A DNA stretch of 64,000 nucleotides from Stegostoma tigrinum (taxonomy: Eukaryota), in NCBI RefSeq assembly GCF_030684315.1, contig NC_081378.1, positions 49,810,851 to 49,874,850 of the forward strand, in the 5' to 3' direction. Shown one piece after another: positions 35,001 to 50,000 of the stretch. The notes beneath the pieces were generated by a model that searched no databases, was not told the origin of the DNA, and was given only the letters and a program-made list of their open reading frames with translations. The translations under genes and the position numbers were made by a program. Position 1 is the first letter of the stretch. Each line of letters opens with the position of its first letter.

Positions 35001-38000
35001 GCAGCCCTATGGTCCTGGTAAGATAATGATTACCTTACTTGCAAGATTACAACAACCACCACATTCTCCAGGGTAATTAGGAAGGAAATAAATGCTGGTC
35101 AGTCTGCAATGCCCAAATCCTGTGAACAAATAAAAGAAACATTTTCTCCCTGCCACTTCTATATTTGCCCTAATAACATGTACTTGAGTTTTTCCAACAA
35201 ACATCTTATTATGTCTTCAGAAAAATTCCTCGTCATTTCTGCTGCACTCACGTATTAATCTGTTTCCCCATTCAGTTATCTCTTAAATAAAATCCATCGG
35301 TTTTGTCAGCGTGAACTCTCCTCTGCACGATTTATGCTGGATGTCTGTGATCAACCTATATATTTCTGAAAGCTCATTGTGAAGAGACAACAGAGGGACA
35401 GCAGAAGAGAAATAGAGAGGGTTACAGAGCAAGAAAGGCAAAGCAAGAACAAGACAGGGAGAGCAATCAGCTTATGAAAGAGGCAGTAGGAGAGCGTCAG
35501 CATGGGTGACAGAAACAGAGAAAAAAGTGGTTAAAAGAAGAGGGATACAGAAATAGAAAGAGAAGAAACAGCGTGAGAGGGAAATGGAAGCCAAGGAACA
35601 GATAAATGATTGTTATTAAGCATTTAATTTTCTATGATTTTCCTTCAGCATTTCAAATTGTATTGTTTATAGTTTTCTTATCTTATATCATCACTTTTTT
35701 TAGCAACTGAAGCAAAATTTATCTTCAATCAACAAGGAAGCTGTGTTTAAATATCCCGGACTACTGTCGGTATCAGCCAGAGTTGTGAAAGATTGGATTG
35801 TCTTATTTCTCGGAACAGATGATGGGCAATTAATTAAGGTCAGAATCGATGCTGGTTACATTTATCCCCAGAATGCAGTATAACTGGCCCGAAAACCAAT
35901 TGCAGGCTGCCATCTGTCTATTCATTTGAGTGGCAGCTCGCAACTCAGGAATGGAAGAGTCGCCATTAACATTGACCAACACCCAGAACAGTGAAAAGTG
36001 ACTTTTCCATCCACCACTTCACTCTGTTAAAATGTGGCCTTCAAACACGCACTGCCTTTGCCTGATGTTAAAGTGAGAAGGGAGTGATAGGATTGCGATG
36101 ATGGCCTCATCTTACCCTGCAACCCCAGCACCCCCACCCCAAGACCTGCTGCCGGGTCAAAATCTGCCTGTGCCCCGACAGTAATATGATGGAGTGGAAA
36201 TAGTGAGTCACGAGCTTGCATTCCCGGCTCACAGGATTAGCCAGCCAGTGATAGGGAATCACTGCAGGCCTGGAGATTGTTGTAGGGATTTGAACACTGA
36301 ATCCAGGTTGACATTCTAGTGCAGTTCTGAGAGAGTGCTGCCCAGAAAAGATGTAAAACCAAAGCCCTGAGCAGGTGGACATAAAATATCCCATAGCGCC
36401 CTTTTGAAGAAGAGCAGGCATTTTAACCCCCGTGTCCTATTGATCACTCCATTGTGAGGAATAGATCAGATCCACTGGCTATTATCACATTCTTTGTGAG
36501 TCTTTAATGTGCACAAGTTAGTTGTCATATTTGCCACAATATTTTCATGACAGAAACTACAGTTCCGAGCCTGTGAGAAGCCTGTGATACGGAAAGCATT
36601 GAAAAACAGTCATTACCTATGTCTCTGTCTCTCTCTTTTCCACACCCTGCGTCTAAAACGTAACCAAATCTTGGAAAGTTCCTCCAATCAATTGTTGGAA
36701 TTGACTGGGTGAACTGATCTCAATGGGGGAAACCCGTTGATCAACATCAGTGATCTTCTACAGGTAATATAACAGCATGCAGTTCATTGACAATATCAGT
36801 AACTCACAATATTACAAACCATTGTTTGGACATTACGCAACTGTAACTACTGGTTATCTGATCAATTATTTCGTTACGGGCCAGTTAGCTCAACCAGCTG
36901 GCTGGCTTGTTTGCAATGCAGAGTGGCACCAACACATGGGTTTAATTCGCTTGCTGGGAGTGGTCCTGCCTGCTCAACCATGCCTCATGACCCTCAGGTT
37001 AAATCACTGCCAGTTATCTCCTTCTGGGACAAAAACAGAAGTTGCTGGAACAGCTCTGTAGGTCTGAAGAAAAAAAATCTGTGAAGGGTCACGGGACCCG
37101 AAACGTTAACTCTGATTTATTTTTCTTTATGGATGCTGCCAGACCTACTGAGCATTTCCAGCAACTTCTGTTTTTGTTCCTGATTTACAGCACCCGCAGC
37201 TCTTACGGTTTTTTTTAATCTCCTCCTGGGAGACTGTCCTCCAGGAACAATGACAACTTTACTGCCTAATCAGATCATTTTCTAATACAATATACAGCGT
37301 TATTAGAACCAACCAGCTGTGGTTCCCCTTGTATCTTTACATATTCAATTTTGCTTAAATTCAAAATAACTAAGTAAATGAAGAAGAAGGATTACATTAA
37401 TATAACACCTTTCACAACGCTGGGATGTCCTTGAGTGATTTACAGCCAGTAAAGAATTTTCAAAGTGTACACACTGCTGTCATTTCGGAAACTGGATCAA
37501 CTGGGAACCTCAGCGATGAAACTGTTGAGGCGAATTTATTACATTATCATTTCTTTGCAGCTTATTCTGGACAAATCCCTAAAAGTAATTCGTCCAATTG
37601 TTCTGGCTGATTTGGAGAGTGAAAGCCCAATTCATCACAATGTGATATTTGATCCATTGGACCAAAATTATTTGTACCTCGCATCTGAGAATGAGGTAAG
37701 CTAATGATTTCCTTGTCTATCACAGCATTGCTATTTTGCATGCAATAATTTATTCTTGAGATAGAGTGTAACTGGCAAGGCTGGTTGCCTGTTGTCCATC
37801 TTGAGTTGCCCTGAGGAAGCTGTGTTTTAACCCACTGGTCACTGTTTTAATGTAATTGGGTGTCTATCTGCGCTGTTTCAGATGGCATTTTGGAGCCAAC
37901 CACATTGACATCAGACTGGACTCACATGTAGGTCAGATGGGTCAGGAGGGCAAGTTTCCTTCTTTAAACGCTAATTAGCCTAATATATGTGGATCAGGAA

Positions 38001-41000
38001 AATGTTAAAGTCTATTATTAAGAAAGAAATAGGATACTTTTAGAAAAGCTGAATGGAATGCAACAGTCAATTGTTTTGCAAACGGGAAATCATGTTTGAA
38101 AAATTTTCCAGAATTCTTTGAAGATATAAGAAACAAAGTTGATAAGGGAGTCCCTTGTCCACTCCACACTCCCAACCAGCCCCACCACCCCCGGCACTTT
38201 TCCCTGCAACCGCAGGAAGTTCTATGCCTGACCCTACACCACCCCCCTCACCCCCATTTCAGGCCCCAAGAAGACCTTCCACATCAAACAAATGTTCACC
38301 TGCACATCTGCTAACGTGATATACCGCATCTGCTGTTCCTGATGTGGCCCCCTGTACATCAGGGGAAACCAAGTGGAGGCTTGGGGACCGCTTTGCACAG
38401 CACCAACACTCGGTTCGCACTAAACAACTGCACCTCCCAGTCGCGAACCATTTTAACTCCCTTTCCCATTCCTTAGACAACATGTCCATCATGGGCCTCC
38501 TGCAGTGCCACAAAGATGCCACCCGAAGGTTGCAGGAACAGCAACTCATATTCCGCTTGGGAACCCTGCAGCCCAATGGTATCAATGTGGACTTCACAAG
38601 CTGCAAAATCTTCCCTCTCCCAACTGCATCCCAAAACCAGCCCAGCTTGTCCCTGCCTCCCTAATCTGTGCTTCCTCCCACCTATCTGCCCCTCCCACCT
38701 CAAACTCCACCCCCATCTCCTACCTGCCAGCCTCATCCTTCCCCCTTGACCTGTCCTTCCTCCCTGGACCATACTATCACCTCCCTAACTCCCCACCTAC
38801 ACTCACCTTTACTGGCTCCACCCATGCCTCTTTGACCTGCCTGTCTCCTCTCCACCTATCTTCTCCTCTATCTATCTTCCATCCGCCTCCCCCTCGCTCT
38901 CTATTTATTTCAGAACTCCCATCCCGTCCACCATTTCTGAAGAAGGGTCTAGACCCGAAACATCAGCTCTGCCGCTCCTCTGATGCTGCTTGGCCTGCTG
39001 CATTCATCTAGCTCTACACCTTGTTATCTCAGATTCTCCAGCATCTGCAGTTCCTACTATCTCTTGATAAAGGTGAACTGGTTGGTATAGCGTATTTAGA
39101 TATCCAGAAGGCATTTCATAAGGTGCCACATAAAAGGTAAATGTGCGTGATAGGCATTCGCGGCTTTGGGGATAACGTGTTAACATGGATTGAGGATTTG
39201 TTAACATGCAGAATTGGGATTAATGGGTCTTTTTCAGGTTGGGAAGTTGTAACTAGTGAAGTACCACAAAGATCAAGCCTGGTGTCTCAAGCATTATGAA
39301 CGATTCAGAGGAGGAGTCTGTGTGTAATGTATCCAAATTTCCTGACAAAAACTAGCTGGGAGAGCATGCTGTGATGAAGATGTAAGGAATCTTGCAGGGG
39401 AAATAGATAAGTGAAAGGAGTGGACAAAAACCCGGCAGATGAAGTTTAACGTATGAATGTCTGAGACCATGCACATTTGGTAGCAAGAATCAAAAGGCAG
39501 GCTATGATTTTAACAGGGAGAGTTTCCAAAAAAGAGGCAAAACGGAAGGATCTAGAAAGTTCTTGTACATCAAACACAAAAGGTTGACATGCAGATGCAA
39601 CAAGTAATCAAGAAAGCAAATTTTTTGTCTTTATTGCTTGGGCCTTGGGAGTTTAAAACTAGGGGAGCCCTGTTACAACTGTAGGAGATGCCATACCCAG
39701 AGTACTGTGTAGATTTTTTGGTCCCCGTATTTAAGAGAGGATATGCTGGCATTGGAGTCAGTAAATGTGGAGCTGGAAGAGCACAGCAGATCAGGCAGCA
39801 TCTGAGGAGCAGAGAAGTCAATGTTTTGGGCCAAAACCCTTCATTAGGACTGGGGAGGGGGAGACGAGCCCAGAAATAATTAGGGGGAAGCGGGTGGAAC
39901 TGGCGGAAGGTAGGTGGGCTGGAGATAGGCGGATGCAGGTAGAGGATTATTATGGTTGGTCAATGGGAAGGGTGGAGTGGATAGGTGAGTTGGAAGATGC
40001 ACAGATTGTGGATAGAAAGATTTTGAAGTTGGTGAAGTCAATATTCAGGCCATTGGACTGTAAGGTCTCAAAGCAAAATATGAGGTGTTGTTCTTCCAGT
40101 TTACATTTGGTCTCACTCTGGCATTGGAGCAGGCCAAGGACGGACATGTCACTAGGGAGTGGGAGGGGGAGTTAAAGTGGATGGCAACTGGAAGGTCGGC
40201 TTAGTTGGTGCATGCAGAGAGCAGAGGCTCTGCAAACTGGTCCCTGAGTCAGCATTTTGTCTCCCCGGTGGAGAGGAGACCACATCAGGAGCAACAGATA
40301 CAGTAGATCAGGTTGGATGAAGTACAGGTGAATCTCAACCGGATCTGGATGGATTGTTTGGGGCCTGAGATGGAGCTGAGAGGGAAGGTGTAGGGGCAGG
40401 TGTAGCACTTCCTGCGGTTGCAGGGAAAAGTACTGGATATGGTGGGGGGGTTGTTGGGGAGTGTGGAATTGATGGGGGACTCTCGGTGTGAATGGTCCCT
40501 GTGGAAAGTTGATGGGGTGGGAAGGGAAATATCTTTTTGGTGGTGGGGTCTGATTGTAGGTGGTGGAAATGTCAGAAGATAATGCATTGGATTTGGTTTG
40601 TCGGTGGGGGTGGGGTGTATGTGAGGACTAAGGGACTCTATCCTTATTGTTGTTGGCAGTTCAAAAGCAATTTGCTGGACTAATTCTGAGGATGAAGGGG
40701 TTGACTTATGAAGATTGACTGGACAGGTTATTCCTTTATTCATTAGAGTTTAGAAGAATGAGGGGTGATCCTGTTGAAACACACCAAGATTCTGAGAGGA
40801 TTGACTGGGTAACTGTTGAGAAAATGATTCCAGTTGTGAGGAAATCTCAAACTCACAGACATAGTTGCGGAATACATACTTAATACTTGAACATGAAAGA
40901 TTCTTTTCTCTCAGAGGATAGTGTAATAGGATAGTGAGGATACTTCAGTATCTGAGGAGCTGCAAATGGTGCTGAACATCGTGTAACTGTTGGCAAACAT

Positions 41001-44000
41001 CTCCACTTCTAACTTTATGACGGAAGGAAAGTCAACAATTAGAGGTCAATTGGCCTAGGAAACTATTCCGAGGACCTCCTGCAGAATGTCCTTGGGCCGG
41101 TGATGAACTTCCAGTCAGCAGAACAGTGTCTCACGTGATTCCCATTGACATTATGAGGGCTGTTTGACGATAACTTTGGTCCAATGTGGCCTTGATGTTA
41201 AGTGCAATCATGTATTTGTTGAGTTCATCTCTTTTGCCCAAGTTGGATTAAGGCTACAATGAATTCTGGAGTCTAGTTGCTATGTGTCAGTGAGTAGGTT
41301 ATCACTGTGTAAATTCTTCCTGACAGTACTGTTGACAACATCTTCCATCCTTTTGTTGATCATGGGGAGTCGATTGTTAAGGCAGTAATTGGCAGTGCTG
41401 AATTTGTCCTTCTTGATAGTGTAACAGAGCCTTGAATTTTGCTGGTATATTGTTCTTGCTTTACCGCACTAAATGTTACAGTTTAAACCACCTTTCTCTG
41501 CAACATAATGCCTTGTTTAGGCAGTATTAGGCTGCACTTTTACTGGTTGCTATGTTGATGTAGAGTTGATGGGCCAAATGGTCTTTTCTGTGCTGTATGA
41601 ATCTATGAACCAGTACACAGCGAGCTGATTACTGCCTAAGCGCTCCATAGCCAGTAAGATTCATGCCTTTTGATTTTAAGAGCAGAAAATTACAGACCTG
41701 TGAATTCAGTATGCTATGGAGGTGTGCATCTTATACTGAGATCTCAGTCCTTAACAGCAGCTCAGTCTTAAAATAGTGAATTATGCAACTGAGGCAAGGC
41801 AGGACTATTGCTGATGTTTTATTTACAATGTCTTCAGAAGCATAAATTTTTTTATGTTGCCTTTCCTGCAAATAACCAACAGTGAATCACTGTTGATCAC
41901 TCTGGGAGCAGAGAAAGTCACAGTTTGTATTTCGTTGTGTCCATAAACATGCAACTTAAGAGCTTCACTAGGGAAGCTGGCCAGTGTAGGCAAGAATGTG
42001 GACTGCACTGAAATACGGAAGGATGTTAAAAATTTGCAGAGTCGGAAGCAATCAGCCGATTAAATCCCATAGATCCATAGATGTAAGAAGTGTTGGATTT
42101 TTGCAGCAGGGATAAGGAGGCTATTTAATTCTTCAAAGGAAAAGAAAAGCTACGAGAAGCAAAAAGATCCAGCAACACAAAAAAAAATGCAAGTTGGAAT
42201 ATATCTGATCCCAAAGGGATGTAGTGAAGGTGAAGTTGCTCTATTCCAGGTGCAGTTTCAGGTGTCGGTGGGAAATGGAGGGGTTATGAAAACGTGGGCT
42301 GGCCCACCCAATAAAGCAGCGATTTATATGCAACTCTGTCATTTCCATGAATTGTAGTAGCAACTCACAATGTAGACTCCCCTCGCCAGGGGGTCTTACT
42401 GCACACTGGATGACTATATTGCAGAGCATCTCTGTTTAGTCCAAAATAACCCTAAATTTCCAGTCAGCTGCCACTTTAAACTTCTGCTCCCATCGCACTC
42501 TTCACTCCTTGTTAGCCTAATGCAATAAAGTTCATAGGAAGCTTGAGGACCAGTCCCTTCTATTTTTAGTGAGTGCTTTATTGCCTTCTGGACATAGCAT
42601 TGCATTTAACATTTTTAGATCTTAACCACTGATGCATTCTTTTCAGATAGTCAGTGGTAACAATGTTTAAACACTCCTTCCATCCAGTCGGGACAGACTC
42701 TCACTTTCTGGTTAAGATTCCCAACATCTGCACGATATTGATTTTGTTTTAGTTTTAATATATATATTCAAATTTCCTATCGTGATCTCAATTGCTGCTT
42801 CCCCTATCTTCACTTTAATATCTTCACTCAATCTGCATCCTGTTTTCAAATAGACAAGTGATCTTTGCAAATTTCTTTTCTTCCTGTTCATTCCTATGAA
42901 ACTTGGAATCTTTTTGATGTTCTGAACTTTTTTTCTGAAAATATAAAATGTGCCCCCCCGTTCTACAAATCTTGCTTTTCAGAAGGGCCCAGCGTAAATC
43001 TCCAGCTCCCCGGATCTTTCTCCCTCTCGCGCTCTCCAATTATAAACTAATATTCAAGACGAGGAGGCAACATACAAACCACACGAATGTTAATTAAAGT
43101 AGCTCACAGCACCAGCTTCAGCAAAGCAAAATTTCAACCTGTAACTTTGCTGGCATGTGTAGTGTGTGTGGGCTGTTCTCTGCTGTTTGGGAATTATAAC
43201 TGTGAATTGCAGTTAACTGCTCAGTTCCCAAGTCTGTTTGGAACCATTACAGTAGTAGATGTGTGCAGTAAGTGTAACATGTACCCACTATATCTGAGAT
43301 AACAAAGTGTGGTCAGAGATAATGGGAACTGCAGATGCTAGAGAATCCAAGATAACAAAGTGTGGAGCTGAATGAACACAGCAGGCCAAGCAGCATCTTA
43401 GGAGCACAAAAGCTGACATTTCGGGCCTCGATGCTTCATCAGAGAGGGGGATGGGGTGAGGGTTCTGAAATAAATAGGGAGAGAGTGGGAGGTGGACTGA
43501 AGATGGATCGAGGAGAAGATAGGTGGAGAGTAGAGTATAGGTGGGGAGGTAGGGAGGGGATAGGTCAGTCCAGGGAGGATGGGACAGGTCAAGGGGACAG
43601 GATGAGGTTAGTAGGTAGGAAATGGAGGTATGGCTTGAGGTGGGAGGAAGGGATGGGTGAGAGGAAGTAAAGGTTAGGCAGGCGGGGACGAGCTGGGCTG
43701 GTTTTGGGATGCAGTGGGGGGAGGGGAGATTTTGAAGCTGGTGAAATCCACATTGATCTACAATATCTGCTAGGCTTTGTCTAGAGTGTAAATAGGGGAT
43801 GCTTCTAGATTTACAAATGACAATTGTTACCACAGAGCCGCACAGCACAGAAAGGAGTATGGCATGTGGAAACATATCTTCATTCCTTCATAATTGCTGG
43901 GTTAAAATGTGAGCCCACTTCTAAGAGTACTGTGGGGGCATCTACACAACATGGAGGACAGGCACCTCACAACTACTCTCGCCGAAGCACACTGAATGTA

Positions 44001-47000
44001 TTAAAAATACAGTGTTTCTATCTATTGATTGTATATTTGCAGTTTTTATGCTTGCATTCCATAGCATATTTCTTCATACTGCTCCATACTAAATTGCTCC
44101 ATACTAAATAGCCTACTCACTACATGAACCTGCCATTCTTGCTAAAGTCACTGCACCATTTCCTAAAGCCCCTGTTTTTATATTCTTACTCTTAACTCCA
44201 AACGAGGTTTCTGAATACTAAAATCCAACACCAACCCTTGGGATATCCCAAGTCCAACCTTACAACACTCCAAGAAATGCTCATTAGCCCTGAATCTCCC
44301 CAGTTTTGAGCCCAGAATACATGATTCCAATGCCAGCGATGACCACCAGAGCCATGCACACGGTCAGATGATGCACATGCCATCAGTCAGTGTGACAGGA
44401 ACCTACTGCAGGAGTGAGCCTCTGTGTATTCAGCCTCTGGGCAGTGGCAATAAAAGGTAGCAAAAGCAGCGACTTCGAACCAGGTGGTGGTGAAGAAACG
44501 TGAAGCCCACAGGAAGGTAGAAAATAAAACACAGGGAAGGCCAACAGCAACAAAGACCAGCGTTTCCATCTCAAGACTGATGGGTAAATGTTGCTTTACA
44601 ACTTCAGCTTTAATATAGGAGATTGTCCCAAAACAGCAGCTTGTAATAGAAGGCACTGTGCTTAGGTTGGAATATTAAAAGATATAGAGGGATTGGTCAG
44701 GTGGGCAGGCCAGTGGCAGATGGTATTTAACCCTGATAAGTGTGAGCTGATGCCCTTTGGAAGAAGAAACGGGATGAGGGAGTAATAAGGAATGGCAGAA
44801 CATTGGTTAGGTTAGAGGAACAGAAGGATCTTGGGTTAATTATTCTCAGGTCCCTGAAGTTGGCAGAGCACATGAATATAGTAGTTAAGGAAGGCATGCG
44901 GGACACTTGCTTTCATCCGTCATGGCATAGAGAATAAGATCCAGCAGCAATGTTGGAGTTGTACACACCTGAAGTACTGTATGCAGTTCTATCATGTCAC
45001 TACAAGAAGGATGCAGTAGGACTAGAGGAGTTACAGAGGAGATTCACCAAAATGTTGCCTGGGATGGAGATATAGAGCTTTAAGGAGAGACTCAAAGACT
45101 TGGCTTGTTTTCTTTAGAGCAGAAAAGACTGAGGGGAGACAAGACGGAGGTGTAAAAGATTATGATAGGTATGGACAGGGTGAATAAGGAGCAGCTGTTC
45201 CCCTTGGTTGAGGGGTTAAACACGAGAGGTCATAGCTTTAGGGTAAGGGGCAAGGCATTCAGAGGGGATTTCACTCAGCGCGTGCTGGGAGTCTGGAGTG
45301 CACTGCCAGGGAAGGTAGTGGAAGGCTGGAAAGCTTACAACCTTTAAAAATATTTGGATGAGTACCTCAAATATCATAACATTCACGGGTATGGACATGT
45401 GTGGTAATTTGGGGTTGGTGCACTTTTGGTCATAGTTATATCGATGCAGATTTGAGGGACTAACGGGCCCTTTCTGCTCAGTGTGATTCTATGAATCTAT
45501 TCCCGAATGACGTTTATAATGGGGCCACCTTTCCGGGCAATGTGACCACATGGGCAGCACCATCTCTCCGACAGGCAGCTGCTGTCCTGTTGCTTGACAG
45601 TGACACAGAATGATGGCAACGTGTTCCTGTCGGCGCTCGCTAACTGCGCAACTCAGTAGTGCCATTGACGATAAATGCAACCTTTTCTGTCCATGTTGTG
45701 ACATTTCTTTTGGAAGTAGTTTGAATTTTTCTGTTCATGCCGTGACATTTCCCCTGCAGCAAGTTTGATTGAGACAATGTATGAAGATTGCCCTCAGGCA
45801 ATGGAGATGCCTTCTAAAGTATTCGTCTTCTTATGCCCCATAGGTGAGAAGGATAAAAGTGGCTAACTGTACACAATACAGGTCGTGCACCGATTGTTTG
45901 TCTGCACAGGATCCATTCTGTGATTGGCACGTTGTGGAGAAAAGGTCTGTTTCAGCTACAGAGGCACTTAAAAGTTCAATTACAGTCTTACAAGATATTA
46001 CTCACATACCATTTGTGTTGCTCTGATCCGTAGCAAAATAAGAACAAAACTTTGAGATGGAGTAATCTATTTGTCGCAAAAAGCCTTATCCTCTTTAGAT
46101 TCGCTCATTTTTGGATTGCCCTACTTCTGCCACCTATCTTAGTCTTTCTCTCCATTCTCAGGATAACAATCATTTGTATTCACTGAATTTCCAATTCATG
46201 TGAAATTTCAAAATGGCCTACTTTGAAATTTATTGAGATCCTGATCAAAATGGGGGATTTTATTTTAATTTCTTTGGTAATAGCTGTTGCTGGACCATTT
46301 ATTAATGTTACATTGAAACAACTCCCTCAATATAAAAGGTATTTTTAAATTTTATTTCTCCCCACGTTTTAATGTAATGTTTATGTTTCATGTTACGTAT
46401 ATTTTTTGTCACTCATATTTTCCTTTTATTAAAAAATAGCCTTGTATTCTTGGGTGTCGGCTAGTCATTCAAGTGGAGGAGCATTCAGAGAGGCTGTAGA
46501 CCAGACTGGTTAAAGATGGTAACAAGGTGTGGAGCTGGATGAACACAGCAGGCCAAGCAGCATCGGAGGAGCAGGAAAGCTGACGTTTCGGGCCTAGAAC
46601 CTTCATCAGAAAGGCCTCTGATGCTGCTTGGCCTGCTGTGGTCATCCAACTCTACACCTTGTTATCTCAGTTTCTCTGGCATCTGCAGTTCCTGCTGTCT
46701 CTGGTTAAAGATTATGACTCGTTTGTTTTGGGATATCGGTGCCCTGGTTAAGTCTCTACGACAAGATGAAGTTTACTTTAACTCAATCAAATAGAGCAGA
46801 AGTGCTTGTTCAACACCGTGGGAATGATTGGCACCTTATCATACGCCTGTCTAACACCCCTCTCATAATTTAAGCCCAGGGATAATTCTGGTCAACCTAC
46901 ACTATACTTCCTATGCTATACTGTCAAGGATGCTGCCTGTGGAGACTGCCACTAGTCAACTCAGCTTGACCCATGGCCAGTGAGAACGTTCAAGGACCAA

Positions 47001-50000
47001 ATCCCAGCCCAATGACCAATTTCCATCAATTCTGGAACCTCTAAGTTTCTGAGTGCACATCACCAAGTGAGGGCCTAGTACCTGCCCCATTCTAATTCCT
47101 CAGCCACTATTCTAAACAATTTCATCTTCATTGTCAACTTGCATTGTCCACTTATAGTTTCCAGAACGGGGACTGCCCAATAAAAATCTCTGTAATCAGT
47201 TTTACGGCACATTGCATTCACCAGACTTCAGCAAATCAGAGAGAGACAGCATGGTCTCCAGTACTGTAGGGTTCTGGTTTGCAATCAGTAATTTGCTGAT
47301 TTTTAAGTGGTTCAGTTCACCCCTAGATCCCTGGTTCTGACGCTGGACTTATTTAGGGATGTGAAATGAAGAAGACAGTAGGCAGGTGTTTCAGGGCAAA
47401 AGAACCTCAGTGTTTATTAAAAAGAAAAGCTAAGTATAATACAAAAAATAAAGGCAGATGTAATAAACAGGGAACCTGACAACTAACTATACAGTGGGCA
47501 ATAATTAAATGCACTATTAAATTAAATACCAGATTAAACACAATTAGAAGCTAAACAGCAGTTTTGATTACAGAAACTTTAATCAGACTTCCTAACCTTG
47601 GAGTTCCTGCGCTATTGCCACCTGCCTCCCCCTCCGTGCTAGCTAGGTTGGAAACTTTAGGGTCTCGGGACTTTCAGCTCACCACTGAGGAAAATGCAGT
47701 TTTAAAATGTGTCCAGTGGCTAAGGTCCTTGATGTCAGTTTTCTTGGGTCAGAACAGGCCTGTGTCTGAAAGCACTTGTTTAGATAGCGTTTTGTTGGAA
47801 TCCCCCCTCTTGGATATCCTTAGTTGCGATGATGCTGTTGGCTTGGCTTCCTGATTCAGCTTCTGTGTTCAGCCTCCGGGGTTCCTGGTTCCAAAGCTGC
47901 TTGTTGGGTCTGGAGCCTGTGGGGAAGCTGTTTCTGTAGAAGCTTGCTGTTGAAAAGGCTTTCTCTTCCCCCTCCGATCAGATCAGGGATAGCAGACTGT
48001 ATGCCCTCTTAGCTCCTCGCAAATCTGTGTTGTCTGTCCTGTTTCTGGTGTTCCCTTTGAGGTCGGCTGGCTTCCTGACAGTTAAGAGTATGTGTGAATG
48101 TACTTTGATTGAAGTAAAGTGTCTGGTATCTGTGTAGATTCCATAATGCCTACAGCTGGGTAGCCTGGAGTTTTAAAGTTAGTTTCGGTTGCGAGTGTTA
48201 GGTTTGCCTGATCGTTCTGTTCGAGTTGAAGTGTGAATTGGAATGCCGGCATGACCAACTATCCCAGACTGAAATCATTCTGGCTGTGTGTGTGTTGTGT
48301 TGCGGCCTGAGTTCAGGCCTTTATCCAGCACTTTAGACATTAGGAAAGTCTGGGCCCTTCTCAAGTATTTTGGACAATAGGATTTTTGCTGAATCTTACA
48401 GTACACCTGAATAAAATGGCATGAACAAACACTGAACAAGATAAAAGGGATCATGGAATTCTGGCCTTTATAACTAGAAGAGTAGAATACAAAGTGTAGA
48501 AGTTGTGCTTCAGCTTTAAAAAGCCTTGGTTCGGTCACCTCTGATATTACAGAGTGCCTTGGAGGAGGTACAACGTAGGGTTGACCAGAATTATCCCTGG
48601 ATTTAAATTATGAGAAGATATTCCCTGAACTTTAGAAGGTTGAGGTGACTTGACTGAAGTTTCTCAAAATACTGAGAAGAGCTGATAGTTTTGGGAGAAA
48701 TATTTCTGTGGCTTTAAGGCTAAGGCACATGGTCAAGAAGTTGGAACCTGACTTCTCATCCATAAAATTAGAATCAGTCTAAGGGTGGGAGAACTCACAT
48801 CTGCCCATTCCATCAAAATGCTGCGTCAATAACTAGACTTAAAACTGATATTAGTAAAGTTTTGTAAATCAACCATTGCAAGGATAAGGGTGCATAGAGC
48901 CAGGTTGTAGATTAGCCTTGATCCTATTGAGAGTAGGACAGACTCGAAGAGTTAAGTGGGTCCTTCTCAGTCCCCCTGGTCCTCTATTCCTCAGTCTGGT
49001 TTGGCAGAAAGATGTCAACCAAAGAAACACCTTGGTGTTATTCTACAATGCTCAGTTTTGTACGACAATATAAACCCATCTGCAATATTTAACATATCGA
49101 AATGCTAACCACTTTTTGGCAGAAGCCTAAAATTAGCTTGCGTGAATATTACAAGTGAACAATTTATCTAACATTCAATGTCTTGGGCATTGTACAAGTT
49201 TAAAGCTATGAATTAAGGATACCACTATATAACTCCCACTCAGTACTAAGTGTAACCCATATCTTTTCAAGGTGTTTCTTTACCAGTGAATGTGAAAGCA
49301 TGAATCCAAATGACTTCATTACCATGAAAGATGGAATCAACAGCTGTCTAAGAGTAACTTTAAGCCCGTTGGTGATAGATCAGTCTTTCGAGAGAACAAA
49401 GGTAATGGACCAAAACACTTGAAATTTCACCTTGGAAATTTGACTTGTCTAAAACCCTGACTGATCACACTGCACACCAATTTGGTCCTCACATTATGTA
49501 AACTATATTGAGGCACGGGAGATGGTGCAAAAATAAGATTTACAAGTGTCATACCAGAACCTGGAGGTTGTACCCATCAGGAACAATTGAACAGGCTTTT
49601 ACACTGCAGTACAGCAAGGAGGAGGCCATTCGGGCAATCATCCTAATCCTATGTTAGAGCTTTTGGTCCAGACCCCTATCTATTATGGAACATCAAGTGC
49701 ATATCCAAGTATTTTGTGGTACAGTGAAAGTTTCTGCCTGGGCCAGTCTTTTAGGCAGTGAATCCAAGTTCCCACCAGCCTCTGGACATGTTCTCTATCA
49801 GAGGTTATACAGATTCCTCAAGCTGCTGCCACACACAGACCTCAGAGGGTGGGCACAGTGGCAGGAGAAGTTAGAAGTTACATAGGCCTCTGGGTGAAAT
49901 TCTCATTCTTCAAATCCCCTCTAATCCCTTTACCCTTTCCCTTAAATATATGCTCCCAGTTATTGATCACTTTGTCAATAGAAATAGATCTTTCCTATCT

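Larger units (their letters stand above)
37990..40920 (+). mobile_element. CR1 LINE split by two PLE fragments
   Basis: RT motifs resume colinearly at 39064-39755 and about 40700-40920. Confidence 0.75.

Noticed and set aside
44100-44600. Possible Tx1/L1-like fragment on the minus strand
   Set aside because: Too degenerate to assign by eye.
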